From contig CBDCDA010000001.1 of the NCBI GenBank assembly GCA_965215335.1, positions 608,001 through 672,000 of the forward strand: a DNA stretch of 64,000 nt. The letters are read 5' to 3'. The notes below the pieces were generated by a model. The model made no database searches. It was not told the DNA's origin and saw only the letters and a program-made list of their open reading frames with translations. The position numbers and the translations under genes were made by a program. This stretch comes from an uncultured Candidatus Entotheonella sp. Its GTDB lineage: Bacteria; Tectomicrobia; Entotheonellia; Entotheonellales; Entotheonellaceae. This document shows, piece after piece, positions 20,828 through 32,072 of this stretch (positions are counted from its first letter, which is position 1; every line of letters starts with the position of its first letter).

Positions 20828-22015
20828 TCACACAACGTCCCTTAATACACCACCACACGCTTTCACCGCCATTGTGGCGTATTCGCGCGCCCAGCGATCC
20901 GCCTCCAACGCGACCGAGATGTCGTCAAGAGGGATGGCCGTATGCCGTGCCATGGTGGTCTCGATCACCTTCGGAATCGCCAGAAAATTGATCGACCCTT
21001 CGAGGAAGGCTTGCACGGCAACCTCGTTGGCAGCGTTCAGAACGGCGGGCATGGTGCCCCCGCGTCGCGCTGACTCAATGGCCAACCGCAGGCAGGGAAA
21101 CCGTTCGTGGTCGGGGGGATGGAAATGCAGGGCTTGCACGGAAAACAAATCGAGCGACGGCAGGGCGTTCGGCAGTCGCTGCGGATAAGCCAACGCATAG
21201 GAGATCGGCACCCGCATGTCCGGAATGCCAAGTTGGGCGAGCACGGAACCGTCGTGAAATTCGACCATGGAGTGAACAATACTCTCAGGGTGCACGACGA
21301 TCTGGAGATTCTCGACAGGCACGTCAAAAAGCCGGTGCGCTTCAATCAGCTCAAGTCCTTTGTTCATCATCGTGGCGGAGTCGACGGTAATTTTCGGACC
21401 CATTTTCCAGTTCGGGTGCTTGAGCGCTTCGACGATACTGGCAGACTGCATGTCCTCCAACGACCAGTCGCGGAACGGCCCGCCGGAGGCCGTCAGCAGG
21501 ATGCGGCGCAACGCCGACCGCTGCTGGTCTTGCAGAACCTGAAAAATGGCGTTGTGTTCGCTGTCGACCGGGATAACTCTCCCCCAATCCTGCCTGTCAG
21601 GACGAATGATCAATTCCCCCGCCATCACCAGGGATTCCTTGTTTGCCAGCGCCACGTCCAACCCGGCTTGGACAGCTCGCAGGGTCGGCCACAGTCCGAT
21701 AGAACCGACCACCGCCGACATCACCAGGTGAACACCGGGATACACGGCGGCGCGGCACAGGCCGTCCAGGCCTGAATCCACTTCGATAGCCAAATCCCCC
21801 AGACGGTCACGCAGATGCCTGGCCTTTTCCTCGTCGAACAGCGCGGCCAGCTGCGGGCGGAAACGGCGTACCTGCTCTTCAAGCTTGTCCACGTTTGAGT
21901 GGGCTGCGAGCGCCAACACGGCAAATTGGTCAGGATGAGAAGCGATCACGCTCAAGGTGTTGACGCCGATTGAACCCGTTGAACCGAGCACGGCGATACC
22001 TTTTCGGGTGTCCAT
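20828..22015 (-). CDS. dxr: 1-deoxy-D-xylulose-5-phosphate reductoisomerase
   Basis: LGSTGSIG, LANKESLV, PVDSEH, HPNWKMGPKIT, NKGLE. Confidence 0.97.
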   Translation of the reverse strand: MDTRKGIAVLGSTGSIGVNTLSVIASHPDQFAVLALAAHSNVDKLEEQVRRFRPQLAALFDEEKARHLRDRLGDLAIEVDSGLDGLCRAAVYPGVHLVMSAVVGSIGLWPTLRAVQAGLDVALANKESLVMAGELIIRPDRQDWGRVIPVDSEHNAIFQVLQDQQRSALRRILLTASGGPFRDWSLEDMQSASIVEALKHPNWKMGPKITVDSATMMNKGLELIEAHRLFDVPVENLQIVVHPESIVHSMVEFHDGSVLAQLGIPDMRVPISYALAYPQRLPNALPSLDLFSVQALHFHPPDHERFPCLRLAIESARRGGTMPAVLNAANEVAVQAFLEGSINFLAIPKVIETTMARHTAIPLDDISVALEADRWAREYATMAVKACGGVLRDVV

Positions 22016-22049
22016 ACAAACGCCTCCCTGATCCGTCCAAGGCACTTCC

Positions 22050-22865
22050 TCAGGCAGCGGACGCCTTACCCAGCGCTTCAAGCGCGTAGCACAACGTCGG
22101 GGCAGCGAACAGCATGCTGTCGATACGGTCCAGACTGCCTCCGTGGCCGGGAATGAGCCCGCTGGAGTCTTTCGCACCGGTGTAGCGTTTGAGCATTGAT
22201 TCTCCCAGATCACTGATCTGAGCCGCAAGCGTTATCAGGAAACCGAGCAGCACGCCTTGCCACAGCAGCAGCTGAGGCACCAGAAGCGGTGCCGCCGCCC
22301 CGGCGGTCACCACGCCGCTCATCGTTCCCCCTGCGGCGCCCTCCCAGGTTTTGCCGGGGCTTAACGATACGGCCAGTCGATGTCGGCCCAGCAGTTTTCC
22401 AGTATACATGGCCATGGAGTCGCTGACCCACACCGTGAGGCACATGAAAAGCAGGTACCATTGCCCCGCCTGCATGCTGCGCAGAACGATAAAATGACTG
22501 AGGCACCAGGCAATGCCAAGGACGCCGAAAGTGCCGTGCAAAGCCATGGAAAATTTGACGGGCACGTCCTGCGAAGAGGTGATAGCGGTCAGGGTGAGCA
22601 GCAAGAGACTGAAGAACAGCGCCGGCGAAAGCCAGGGCCAACCACCCAGATAGGCCGCCAGCGTCAGGCCAACGGCCGCAACGTAACAAGCCCCGCTGCT
22701 CATGGACAATTGTATCTGTTTCAGCAGGGAACTGTATTCGTATAAAGCCAGGATGCTGACGGCCAGCACGAGAAGGGAAAAGAGTTCGACAGGGGCGTAC
22801 AGAAGGACAAGGATGAAGGGGGGAAGAATTACCAGGGCACTGATTACACGCCGCAATTGTTCCAT
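22050..22865 (-). CDS. cdsA: Phosphatidate cytidylyltransferase
   Basis: Multi-TM; SPGKTWEG, DLGESMLKR, KDSSGLIPGHGG.LDRIDS. Confidence 0.95.
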   Translation of the reverse strand: MEQLRRVISALVILPPFILVLLYAPVELFSLLVLAVSILALYEYSSLLKQIQLSMSSGACYVAAVGLTLAAYLGGWPWLSPALFFSLLLLTLTAITSSQDVPVKFSMALHGTFGVLGIAWCLSHFIVLRSMQAGQWYLLFMCLTVWVSDSMAMYTGKLLGRHRLAVSLSPGKTWEGAAGGTMSGVVTAGAAAPLLVPQLLLWQGVLLGFLITLAAQISDLGESMLKRYTGAKDSSGLIPGHGGSLDRIDSMLFAAPTLCYALEALGKASAA

Positions 22866-23001
22866 GAGCCGTCCACACCGACAAACAGCACGGAAACGCT
22901 CTCAGTTGTCAGGGCAACATGCTGAACGTCGAAATCGGGACAACTGAGCAGCGCGGAATCACGCCTGGACATTTCTCGTCAAACGACGACGGACATTCCT
23001 G

Positions 23002-23557
23002 CTAGACCTCCAGAATCTCGTGTTCCTTGGCGTTCAAGACGTCATCGACCCGAGAAATGAAGCGATCGGTAATCTTCTGGACTTGCTCCTGTCCACGGCG
23101 CAAATCGTCCTGGGAGATATCCTTGGTCTTTTCCAGGTCCTTGAGTGTTTCGTTGCCCTCGCGGCGAACATTGCGCAGGGCGATTTTCGCGTCTTCGCCA
23201 ATCTTCTTGACCTTCTTGACCAAATCCTTGCGGCGCTCGGCGGTCAGTGGCGGGATTGCCAGTCGGATAATCTTGCCGTCGTTCATGGGCGTCAGCCCCA
23301 GGTCGGAGCGCTGGATGGCCCTTTCGATGAGACCGACCTGCGACTTGTCCCACGGCTGAATGGTCAGCAAACGGCTGTCAGGGGCCGCCAGGGTGGCCAT
23401 CTGATTCAGAGGCGTGGCGGTGCCGTAGTAAGTCACGTCGATGCCCTCCAGCAGCGCCAGCGTGGCGCGCCGGTACGGATTCGAGACAGCTCTTTGCGGA
23501 GGGCGGCTAACGAGCGCTCCATTTTGTGATCCACTTCGTGGTAGACGTCATCCAGCA

Positions 23558-23558
<1 letters not shown>
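23002..23558 (-). CDS. frr: Ribosome recycling factor (apparent 1-nt deletion)
   Basis: [16 protein letters not shown]...IRTG, then a shift near 23470 into [15 protein letters not shown]...PPLTAERRK; span 557 nt, one short of 186 codons. Confidence 0.92.
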
Positions 23559-24292
<734 letters not shown>

Positions 24293-24324
24293 TTACCGCA
24301 CGAGAGCGGTCCAAAGGCCACGGC

Positions 24325-24924
24325 CTACAACGCTTCGCCGAGCTGGAAGCGCACAAAACGGCTGACGGTGATGTTCTCGCCGGTTTTGGCGATTCTGGCG
24401 GTGATGAGATCACCCACGCTGATGCCGGGATCTTTCACGAACGGCTGGTCCAATAAGCAGACTTCCTGAAAGTATTTGTTGAGACGCCCCTCAACCATCT
24501 TGGCGATGGCCTGGGCTGGCCGACCTGAAGCTTGCGCTTGCTCCTCAAGGATCTGGCGTTCCTTGGCCACGGCATCTTCCGGCACGTCGTCACGCGTGGG
24601 GTAGAGGGGATTGCTGGCGGCCACCTGCATGGCAAGATCGTGCACCAGTTCCTGGAAGTCATCGGTTCTGGCGACAAAATCGGTCTCGCAGTTGACCTCG
24701 ATCATCACCCCAAGACGCCCGCCGCCATGAATGTAGGCACCCACAGAGCCCTCGCGGGTGCTGCGTTCAGCCCGCTTTGCTGCGGCCTGCAAGCCTTTCT
24801 TGCGCAGGTAATCCTGTGCCTCCTGGATGGAACCGTTGGTGGCCGCAAGCGCCTCCTTGCAGGCCATGATCCCGACGCCGGTTTTCTCCCGCAATTCCTT
24901 TACCATCGCTGTGGTAATCGACAT
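24325..24924 (-). CDS. tsf: Elongation factor Ts (short form)
   Basis: VKELREKTG, EVNCETDFVA, RFVRFQLGE. Confidence 0.96.
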   Translation of the reverse strand: MSITTAMVKELREKTGVGIMACKEALAATNGSIQEAQDYLRKKGLQAAAKRAERSTREGSVGAYIHGGGRLGVMIEVNCETDFVARTDDFQELVHDLAMQVAASNPLYPTRDDVPEDAVAKERQILEEQAQASGRPAQAIAKMVEGRLNKYFQEVCLLDQPFVKDPGISVGDLITARIAKTGENITVSRFVRFQLGEAL

Positions 24925-24953
24925 CCTCTTTCCTTTTCCTTCCGTGGACCTGC

Positions 24954-25814
24954 TCATTCTTCGGCAGGCAATCCTGCAGGCGGGTCGCCCTCACTCGCGG
25001 CCGTGACGGCAACCGCGGGATCGACAGCCGCATCGGGCTGGGCGACATCCACCGCCTGGTCGCCAGTGGGAATCAATCCCTCCTGCGGTACCGGCGAGGC
25101 CGTGCTCTCCTCTTCCAGTAGAGCGGACTGGTTTTCATGTATCCCCTCGATAGCGGCCTGCGCAATTTGCGATGTCATCAGCCGAATGGCACGGATGGCA
25201 TCGTCGTTGCCCGGGATGACGTAGTCGATGTCATCCGGGTCACAATTGGTATCCACAATCGCGACCGTCGGGATGCCGAGCTTCTTGGCCTCACTGACAG
25301 CTATCTTTTCTTTCTTGCAATCAATAACGAAAAGGGCGCCCGGCAGAGATTCCATCGACTTGATACCGCCCAGCAATTTCTCAAGCTTGTCGGACTTTTT
25401 TTGCAACTGCAAAACTTCTTTCTTGGGCAGGCTTTCCCACATGCCCATTTCCTGCATGTGCTCGAACTCTTTGAGCCGTCCGAGGCTGTTCTTGATCGTT
25501 GAAAAATTCGTCAGCATGCCGCCGAGCCAGCGCTGATTCACGTAAAACTGCTGCGCACGCACCGCTTCGCTACCGACGATGTCCTGCGCCTGCTTCTTCG
25601 TGCCGACGAAAAGGATGCGGCCCCCACCTGCTGTTGTGCGGCGAATGAATTCGCATGCTTCGCGGAAACGCTCCAGTGTCTGCTGCAGGTCGACGATATA
25701 GATGCCGTTCCGCGACCCGAAAATATAGCGCTTCATTTTCGGGTTCCAGCGATTTGTCCGGTGCCCGAAATGCGCCCCGGACTCTAATAGTTGGCGTAGG
25801 GTAAGTGTTGCCAA
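24954..25814 (-). CDS. rpsB: 30S ribosomal protein S2
   Basis: TTG start after [33 protein letters not shown]. Confidence 0.97.
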   Translation of the reverse strand: MATLTLRQLLESGAHFGHRTNRWNPKMKRYIFGSRNGIYIVDLQQTLERFREACEFIRRTTAGGGRILFVGTKKQAQDIVGSEAVRAQQFYVNQRWLGGMLTNFSTIKNSLGRLKEFEHMQEMGMWESLPKKEVLQLQKKSDKLEKLLGGIKSMESLPGALFVIDCKKEKIAVSEAKKLGIPTVAIVDTNCDPDDIDYVIPGNDDAIRAIRLMTSQIAQAAIEGIHENQSALLEEESTASPVPQEGLIPTGDQAVDVAQPDAAVDPAVAVTAASEGDPPAGLPAEE

Positions 25815-25889
25815 AAGGTTCACCTCCTCCCGTGCCCGGCACGGATCAACCGTGGGACACCGCCACGGCACCCGGGGCGGTGCTCTTCC

Positions 25890-26285
25890 CTAGCGTTTGG
25901 AGTATTGGAAGCGCTTTCGCGCTTTCTTCTGCCCGTACTTTTTCCGTTCCTTGATGCGCGAATCACGTGTCAGGAAGCCCGCCTGTTTCAGCACCGGTCG
26001 AAACGTCGCATCCAGGTGCAACAAACTCTTGGCAATGCCGTGCCTGACCGCACTGGCCTGTCCGGACACACCACCACCACGCACGGTGACATAGGCGTCG
26101 TACTGACCAAGGGTGTTGGTGAGTCTGAGAGGAGATTCGACAATCGTCTTGTGGGTTGCGAGCGGGAAGTAATCCTCGAAGGGCCGGCGATTGACGGAAA
26201 TCTTGCCGTCGCCGGCCGTAAGCCATACACGAGCAATCGCGGATTTGCGTTTGCCCGTATCGTAATAACGGAACTTTTCTGCCAT
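25890..26285 (-). CDS. rpsI: 30S ribosomal protein S9
   Basis: [28 protein letters not shown]. Confidence 0.97.
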   Translation of the reverse strand: MAEKFRYYDTGKRKSAIARVWLTAGDGKISVNRRPFEDYFPLATHKTIVESPLRLTNTLGQYDAYVTVRGGGVSGQASAVRHGIAKSLLHLDATFRPVLKQAGFLTRDSRIKERKKYGQKKARKRFQYSKR

Positions 26286-26351
26286 ACCCTCTCCAGAACC
26301 GTGTGGCATCCAATGATCTGCCAAGCGTTATCCGCCCGGTAGCCAACTCAA

Positions 26352-26780
26352 CTAAATGTCCAGGGTCTGCGGCTGCTGACCCGCGTGGGGATGCGTGGGT
26401 GTGGCATACACCTTCAGCTTGCGATACATGGCCCGCCCCAATTTGGTTTTTGGGAGCATGCCCCGCACCGCCAGTTCGACGAGCCGCATGGGCTTGCGCT
26501 GGTGCATCTTCTCGGCGGTCACTTCCCGAAACCCTCCAGGGTACCCGGTATGCCAGCGATACAGCTTCTGCCCCCACTTCTTGCCCGTCAAAACGACCTT
26601 GTCCGCGTTGACGACGATGACGTAATCGCCCGTATCAACGTGGGGGGTATAGGCCGGCTTGTGCTTGCCACGAAGAATTTTCGCCACCTCGCAGGCGAGC
26701 CGGCCCAAGACTTTGTTCTCTGCGTCAACGACGTACCAGTTATGAGTGACGTCTTCCTTGCGAATGGAGACCGTCCGCAT
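26352..26780 (-). CDS. rplM: 50S ribosomal protein L13
   Basis: [31 protein letters not shown]. Confidence 0.97.
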   Translation of the reverse strand: MRTVSIRKEDVTHNWYVVDAENKVLGRLACEVAKILRGKHKPAYTPHVDTGDYVIVVNADKVVLTGKKWGQKLYRWHTGYPGGFREVTAEKMHQRKPMRLVELAVRGMLPKTKLGRAMYRKLKVYATPTHPHAGQQPQTLDI

Positions 26781-26834
26781 GATTGCAACTCCGTACCGTA
26801 AAATATGGCTGCACCTTGCCAAACGCGTGGCATC

Positions 26835-26863
26835 AAGATAGATAGCCGGGCACCCTTTGTCAA
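26835..26863 (-). promoter_or_regulatory. sigma70 promoter of the rplM operon
   Basis: TTGACA-17 nt-TATCTT. Confidence 0.7.
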
Positions 26864-27098
26864 GACAAGGCACGTAACCGACCAGGCAGGTTGGTTTGGT
26901 GAGAAGACTCCTGACGCATGTCTCGATGTGTGGGGCTGTCGAGGTAGGAAGACTCCTAAAAACAAGGACGCAGTGTCCTTGCCAATGGAGCCTTGATCCA
27001 GCTTGCGATATTCGCAGCATGGCCGTCAAGGGCGGCGGCGTGGAAAATGCCGGCGCTATCACCCGTCCGGGTCCCGGTTCGGAAAAGGCGATCCCCGA

Positions 27099-27482
27099 TC
27101 AATAGAGAAACTGCGGGGAGGCATCGAACGCCGCCGGCAGATGCACCACCTCCGGCGTCGTGCCCGGCATGCCGGTGACGGCCACCACGTCAAACCGCAA
27201 CTCGGTATCCCGTACCTGGTGTTCCTGGACATAGACCATCGCAACGTGCACGATCTTCGCCTGCTTCTGTTTGGTGACCATCGCCTGAGGCGCACCGAAA
27301 TCCGTCCGGCTCCTGGTCTTCACCTCGACGAAAACCAGCGCCGCGCCGTCCCAGGCGATAATGTCGATCTCGCCCTGCCTGCAACGGTAATTCCGCTGCT
27401 GGATGCGATAGCCGAGACGTTTCAGGTAATCGACGGCTGTCTGCTCGCCCTGCGCACCCCGTCTCAGGCGCCACCTGGTCAT
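27099..27482 (-). CDS. yraN: YraN/UPF0102 family protein
   Basis: GEIDII, FVEVKTR, RFDVV. Confidence 0.9.
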   Translation of the reverse strand: MTRWRLRRGAQGEQTAVDYLKRLGYRIQQRNYRCRQGEIDIIAWDGAALVFVEVKTRSRTDFGAPQAMVTKQKQAKIVHVAMVYVQEHQVRDTELRFDVVAVTGMPGTTPEVVHLPAAFDASPQFLY

Positions 27483-28126
27483 GAACCGGCCCTGTCCGGA
27501 ACTGTTGACGGGTCGAGCACGCCACGAAAACTGAGCCGATGAATGGCGCAGGGACCGTGGACACGCAGACGCGCGTAATGATCGCGGGTGGGATAGCCCT
27601 TATGTCGAGCGAAGCCGTAAGCCGGATAGCGCCTGCCATAAGCGACCATCATCCGGTCACGCGTCACCTTGGCAATCACGGATGCGGCAGCGATGGAGGG
27701 ACAAGAGGCGTCACCGCGCACAATCGGACGTTGAGCGATGGCGGTCGGCAGCGCTATCGGGCCGTCGATCAGCAACAGGTCGGGAACGCTCGCGAGTTGT
27801 CTCAGCGCCCGCAGCATGGCTTCTCTTGTCGCCCACAGGATATGATGCCGGTCGATCAGCCGGTGCGATACGACGCCGATACCATACGCCAGGGCTACGC
27901 GCAAGATGAGAGGGCAAACCGACTCGCGCTGGCGTGCCGTCAAACGCTTCGAGTCCTGCAGCCCCGGAATGTGATGTCTGGGAGGCAGGCATACGGCAGC
28001 CGCCACCACCGGACCCGCCAGCGGTCCACGCCCCGCTTCATCAATGCCGGCGATGGTGCGATACCCCGCCCGTGCCTCGTGTTCGAACGGCACGTGAGAT
28101 ACGCATGAGACGGCACGCTGCGCCAT
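27479..28126 (-). CDS. rnhB: Ribonuclease HII
   Basis: GIDEAGRGPLAGPV, DSKRL, AASVIAKV, HKGY. Confidence 0.96.
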   Translation of the reverse strand: MAQRAVSCVSHVPFEHEARAGYRTIAGIDEAGRGPLAGPVVAAAVCLPPRHHIPGLQDSKRLTARQRESVCPLILRVALAYGIGVVSHRLIDRHHILWATREAMLRALRQLASVPDLLLIDGPIALPTAIAQRPIVRGDASCPSIAAASVIAKVTRDRMMVAYGRRYPAYGFARHKGYPTRDHYARLRVHGPCAIHRLSFRGVLDPSTVPDRAGS

Positions 28127-28137
28127 GCACCCGTTCC

Positions 28138-28488
28138 TCAGACGCGCGTGCGCCGCTCTTTGATGCGCGCCGCCTTGCCCCTCAGTTTACGCAGGTAAAA
28201 CAGTTTGGCGCGGCGGACACGTCCGCGCCGCACGACTTCAATGGCGTCGACCCTGGGCGAATGCAGGGGGAAAATGCGTTCCACCCCAATGCCCGAGGAA
28301 ACCTTGCGCACGGTGAAGGTGCGCCGCACACCGCTGCCGCTGATGGCGAGCACCACGCCCTGGAACGCCTGCACGCGTTCACGGCTGCCCTCAATAATGC
28401 GCACCTGCACGCGTACCGTGTCACCGGCACGAAACTCGGGCAGGTCCTGCTTCATCTGGGTTTGTTCGATATCAACTAACGCATGCAT
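28138..28488 (-). CDS. rplS: 50S ribosomal protein L19
   Basis: [30 protein letters not shown]. Confidence 0.97.
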   Translation of the reverse strand: MHALVDIEQTQMKQDLPEFRAGDTVRVQVRIIEGSRERVQAFQGVVLAISGSGVRRTFTVRKVSSGIGVERIFPLHSPRVDAIEVVRRGRVRRAKLFYLRKLRGKAARIKERRTRV

Positions 28489-28499
28489 AACACCACTTC

Positions 28500-28886
28500 C
28501 TCAACAAGGTGACAGGATGACACCGGCTTTCCCCGTCGCGTTGACTCGACCTGGCAGCCGGTCGAGCATGATGCCCGCCGCGATCCGCAAATGTCCTGCC
28601 CGACTTCCGCAAGGCTATCGACAATGCAAAGACGCCACAATGCCTCGGCGCGCGTCGAATTATAGGCGGCACCGTATCCTGCGGTCCAGTGAGCGATCAT
28701 CCGGCAAGCCAGCGCACGCTGGTACCGAAACGGCGTCACCGCGTAACAGCCCGGGGCGCCATACATCGTGACCAACCGGGCGAGGTCGTGCAGGTTGATC
28801 GTCGTGTCAGCGAGGTGGCGACCACCTCGCGGCTCTTGTTGTCACGGGATAACGCAGCAGCGCGATGAACAACTGGGGGCGCTCAT
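28500..28886 (-). pseudogene. Degraded DUF2168-type SPOUT RNA methyltransferase
   Basis: Pieces in shifting frames: LFIALLRYPV / NKSREVVATSLT / INLHDLAR..MYG...VTP..YQR....MIAHW..GYGAAYNSTRAEAL; ATGA overlap with trmD; C-terminal half missing. Confidence 0.7.
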
Positions 28887-29632
28887 GACTCATGCGAATG
28901 CGTTTCTTCGTGACCCATTTCCCGCAGGACCGCGCGGTCCTGCGGCGTCAGCGGGAGGCGCGCCAGCAAATCCGGACGCCTTTGCAACGTTGTCCGCAGG
29001 GCCTGCCGGCGTCGCCATGCGGCAATCGCGGCGTGGTCGCCGGACAGCAGGACAGACGGCACGCGGGCACCGGCGAACGTTTCCGGCCGCGTGTATTGCG
29101 GCCCCTGCAACAGACCGTTGAAAAACGAATCCTCCTCCACCGATTGACGATCCCCCACAACGCCTGGAATCATTCGACCTACCACGTCCAACACCACCAT
29201 GGCCGGCAACTCGCCGCCCGTCAACACGTAATCGCCGACCGACAGCTCGTCGTCAATGTACGGCATGACACGGGCGTCGACCCCGCTGTAGCGGCCGCAG
29301 ACGAGCACGACACAGGCATGATCCAGCAGCGTCTTGGCAAATTCCTGATCGAGCATCCTGCCCTGCGGACTCATCAACATGACGTAGGCCGGCCCAAAGC
29401 ATTCCTGCAACGCTTGGATGCCCGCGACAATCGGCTCCGGCTTCATCACCATGCCGGCGCCGCCGCCATACGGGCTGTCGTCGGTTACCCGATGCCGCCC
29501 GGAAGCGAAATCGCGCAGGTCGTGCACGGTCACGCGAAGTTGCTGACGCGCCTGCGCCCGCTGCAGGATGCTCGCCTGCAGGGGTGAGGCGAACATGCGC
29601 GGGAAAATGGTGAGGATATGAACGTCCATCAT
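28883..29632 (-). CDS. trmD: tRNA (guanine-N1)-methyltransferase
   Basis: DDSPYGGGAGM, CGRYSG, GDYVLTGGE, PQYTRP. Confidence 0.97.
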   Translation of the reverse strand: MMDVHILTIFPRMFASPLQASILQRAQARQQLRVTVHDLRDFASGRHRVTDDSPYGGGAGMVMKPEPIVAGIQALQECFGPAYVMLMSPQGRMLDQEFAKTLLDHACVVLVCGRYSGVDARVMPYIDDELSVGDYVLTGGELPAMVVLDVVGRMIPGVVGDRQSVEEDSFFNGLLQGPQYTRPETFAGARVPSVLLSGDHAAIAAWRRRQALRTTLQRRPDLLARLPLTPQDRAVLREMGHEETHSHES

Positions 29633-29644
29633 GCACGGGTCAAT

Positions 29645-30157
29645 TCAGCCAGGCAGGTCGTGAAGGTACATCGTGCCGTCTTCCAGGTCGATGGTGCGGA
29701 CAATGTCCTTCAGGGCCGGCACCAGGGTCTCCCGACCCTCATGGCTGACAACGTAGACATCGTTGCTGCCGGTGTGAATGATATCCGTCACGACGCCCAA
29801 TGTCCGTCCGGCGCCGGCGTACACGGTCAGACCTTCGATCTCGAACCAATAGTATTCACCGGCGGGCAAGGGAGAAAACCACTGGCACGGGATGAAAACT
29901 TCGCAATCGCGCAACGATTCCGCCTCAGACGGATTCCGGCAGCTTTCGATTTGCATCAACACCCGGTTATGGGCCATGCGCCACTTCAGAATCGTGCACG
30001 TCTGCGCCGGAGCTGTCTTGTGCCGTATCTGCACCTGTCGGTCGCTGAGGTCGGGCAACAGCGCCATGTCGGACACATACGGCAGGAAAACCAACTCGCC
30101 TCGAACGCCATGCGGCCGCGTAAAACGACCAAGGGCAACGAGCTTTTCGCGCTCCAT
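29645..30157 (-). CDS. rimM: 16S rRNA processing protein RimM
   Basis: HGVRGE, EYYWFEIEG, TGSNDVYVV; synteny. Confidence 0.92.
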   Translation of the reverse strand: MEREKLVALGRFTRPHGVRGELVFLPYVSDMALLPDLSDRQVQIRHKTAPAQTCTILKWRMAHNRVLMQIESCRNPSEAESLRDCEVFIPCQWFSPLPAGEYYWFEIEGLTVYAGAGRTLGVVTDIIHTGSNDVYVVSHEGRETLVPALKDIVRTIDLEDGTMYLHDLPG

Positions 30158-30187
30158 CCTGCCGCATCCCCTGCCCCGAGTCGGCGA

Positions 30188-30469
30188 TCAGCCTTCTTCT
30201 TCAGCCACCGCGACGGCCCCTTCCGAACCCAACAGCCCCTGGCGCTTCAGGATGTCGCGCACGGGGTCGGAAGGTTGCGCCCCCCGCGTCAGCCAAAGGT
30301 GAACCCGGTCTGCGTGCAACTTCACCTCGGACGGCTCGGACAGCGGGTTGTAGGTTCCCAACGTCTCGATGAACCGCCCGTCACGCGGCGCCCGCGCGTC
30401 GGCCACGATAATGCGATAGAACGGACGCTTCTTGGCGCCCATGCGTTTCAGGCGAATACGAACAGCCAC
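30188..30469 (-). CDS. rpsP: 30S ribosomal protein S16
   Basis: [21 protein letters not shown]. Confidence 0.97.
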   Translation of the reverse strand: MAVRIRLKRMGAKKRPFYRIIVADARAPRDGRFIETLGTYNPLSEPSEVKLHADRVHLWLTRGAQPSDPVRDILKRQGLLGSEGAVAVAEEEG

Positions 30470-30509
30470 TCGAACACCTCATGTCGAAATTGTAAAGGAA
30501 ATCACCACA

Positions 30510-31847
30510 TCAAAAGGGTCGTACCATGGGCATTCCCGCCCACCTGCGACGGCTCTTGCCCTTGCCATTCATCATGGACTTCATGAGCTTGCGCATCTGA
30601 CCGAACTGCTTCAGCAAGCGATTGACGTCCTCCACCCGGGTGCCGCTGCCGAGGGCGATGCGCTTCCGCCGGTTGCCGTTGATCAGGGCCGGGGTGCGCC
30701 GTTCGACCAAGGTCATGGAACCGATGATGGCCTCGATCTTCTTCAAATCCTTCTCGCTGGCTACCGGGAGCCTGGCGCCCTTGAAGCCCGGAATCAGCTC
30801 CATCAGATTCTCCAGCGGCCCCATCTGCTTGACTTGACGCAACTGGTCTTGAAAGTCCTCGAGCGTAAAGCCGGACTGGCGCATCTTCGACTCGAGGTCG
30901 GCAACCGCTTCGGGGTCGATGGCCTGCTCCGCCTTTTCGATGAGCGTCAACACGTCGCCCATGCCGAGGAGCCTCGACGCCATGCGCTCCGGATGGAAGG
31001 CTTCCAGGGCGTCCAGCTTTTCGCCGACCCCGACGAACTGGATGGGCTTGCCGACCACCGCCTGGATCGACAGCGCCGCTCCGCCCCGGGCATCGCCGTC
31101 CAGCTTGGTGAGAATCACGCCCTCGATGCTCACCGCCTCGTTGAAGGCCGTCGCCACGTTGACCGCCTCTTGCCCGGTCATCGCATCGACCACGAGAAAC
31201 GTGTAGCGGGGATGGGTGGCCGTCTTGATCTCCGCCAGCTCCTGCATCAGCGTCTCGTCAATCTGCAACCGTCCCGCCGTGTCGATGACGATGGCGTCGG
31301 CTTGATACCGGGGCGCCGCCTCGAAAGCCTGTCGGCAGATATCCACCGCGTCGCGGGAACCTTGCCGCACCACCACGGGAACCTGAATTTGCTCACCCAG
31401 CAGGCGCAATTGCTCCATCGCCGCGGGGCGCTGCACGTCGGCCGCCACCAGCAAGGGGCGGCGGCCCATCTCCTGCAGTTTCCTGGCCAGCTTGGCGGCG
31501 GAGGTCGTCTTCCCGGAACCCTGCAGGCCGACCAGAAGGAAGGCGGTCGGCGGCTGCGGCGCCATGCTGAGCGGCGCGTGCTGCGAGCCCATCAGAGCCG
31601 TCAACTCGTCACGGACGATCTTCACCACCTGTTGGCCCGGCGTCAGGCTGCGCATGACTTCCTGCCCGAGGGCCTGCTCACGCACCCGCTGCACGAAGTC
31701 CTTGACGACATGAAAGTTGACGTCCGCTTCCAGAAGCGCCAGCCGGATTTCACGCGCGGCCTCTTTGATGTTGGCTTCCGTCAGCTTGCCGCGGCCGCGC
31801 AGGTGGGAGAAAATACCGTCGAGTCTTGCCGAAAGGGATTCAAACAT
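30510..31847 (-). CDS. ffh: Signal recognition particle protein
   Basis: ALLEADV, GLQGSGKTT, DTAGR, TKLD, M domain. Confidence 0.97.
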   Translation of the reverse strand: MFESLSARLDGIFSHLRGRGKLTEANIKEAAREIRLALLEADVNFHVVKDFVQRVREQALGQEVMRSLTPGQQVVKIVRDELTALMGSQHAPLSMAPQPPTAFLLVGLQGSGKTTSAAKLARKLQEMGRRPLLVAADVQRPAAMEQLRLLGEQIQVPVVVRQGSRDAVDICRQAFEAAPRYQADAIVIDTAGRLQIDETLMQELAEIKTATHPRYTFLVVDAMTGQEAVNVATAFNEAVSIEGVILTKLDGDARGGAALSIQAVVGKPIQFVGVGEKLDALEAFHPERMASRLLGMGDVLTLIEKAEQAIDPEAVADLESKMRQSGFTLEDFQDQLRQVKQMGPLENLMELIPGFKGARLPVASEKDLKKIEAIIGSMTLVERRTPALINGNRRKRIALGSGTRVEDVNRLLKQFGQMRKLMKSMMNGKGKSRRRWAGMPMVRPF

Positions 31848-32010
31848 GCCGCGTTCTCAGGGCTCCGAAAGGTCGGTAGTGCCTCGGTTTCAAATTGCCG
31901 GCTCATACCTCCTACCCGGTCCTCCTCAAGGTAGGGAGCGGGTTGGGGCGAGGGGGAATCCAACGTGAAACACGATCAAAGGGCCGTATGACGTGTCAGA
32001 GAATGGGGGA

Positions 32011-32038
32011 ATTATTGTGTTTTCTGGCCCCTTGTCAA
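32011..32038 (-). promoter_or_regulatory. Putative sigma70 promoter of the ffh operon
   Basis: TTGACA-16 nt-AATAAT. Confidence 0.45.
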
Positions 32039-32072
32039 GCGCCGTGGTGCCGTGACGGGCCGAAGCGGCGCT

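Noticed and set aside
26900..26960. GAAGACTCCT direct repeat upstream of rplM
   Set aside because: Only two 10-bp copies; not an array.
31848..32072. Possible SRP RNA next to ffh
   Set aside because: No conserved SRP domain IV motif (CAGG...GGAA...GCAG) visible; only small hairpins.
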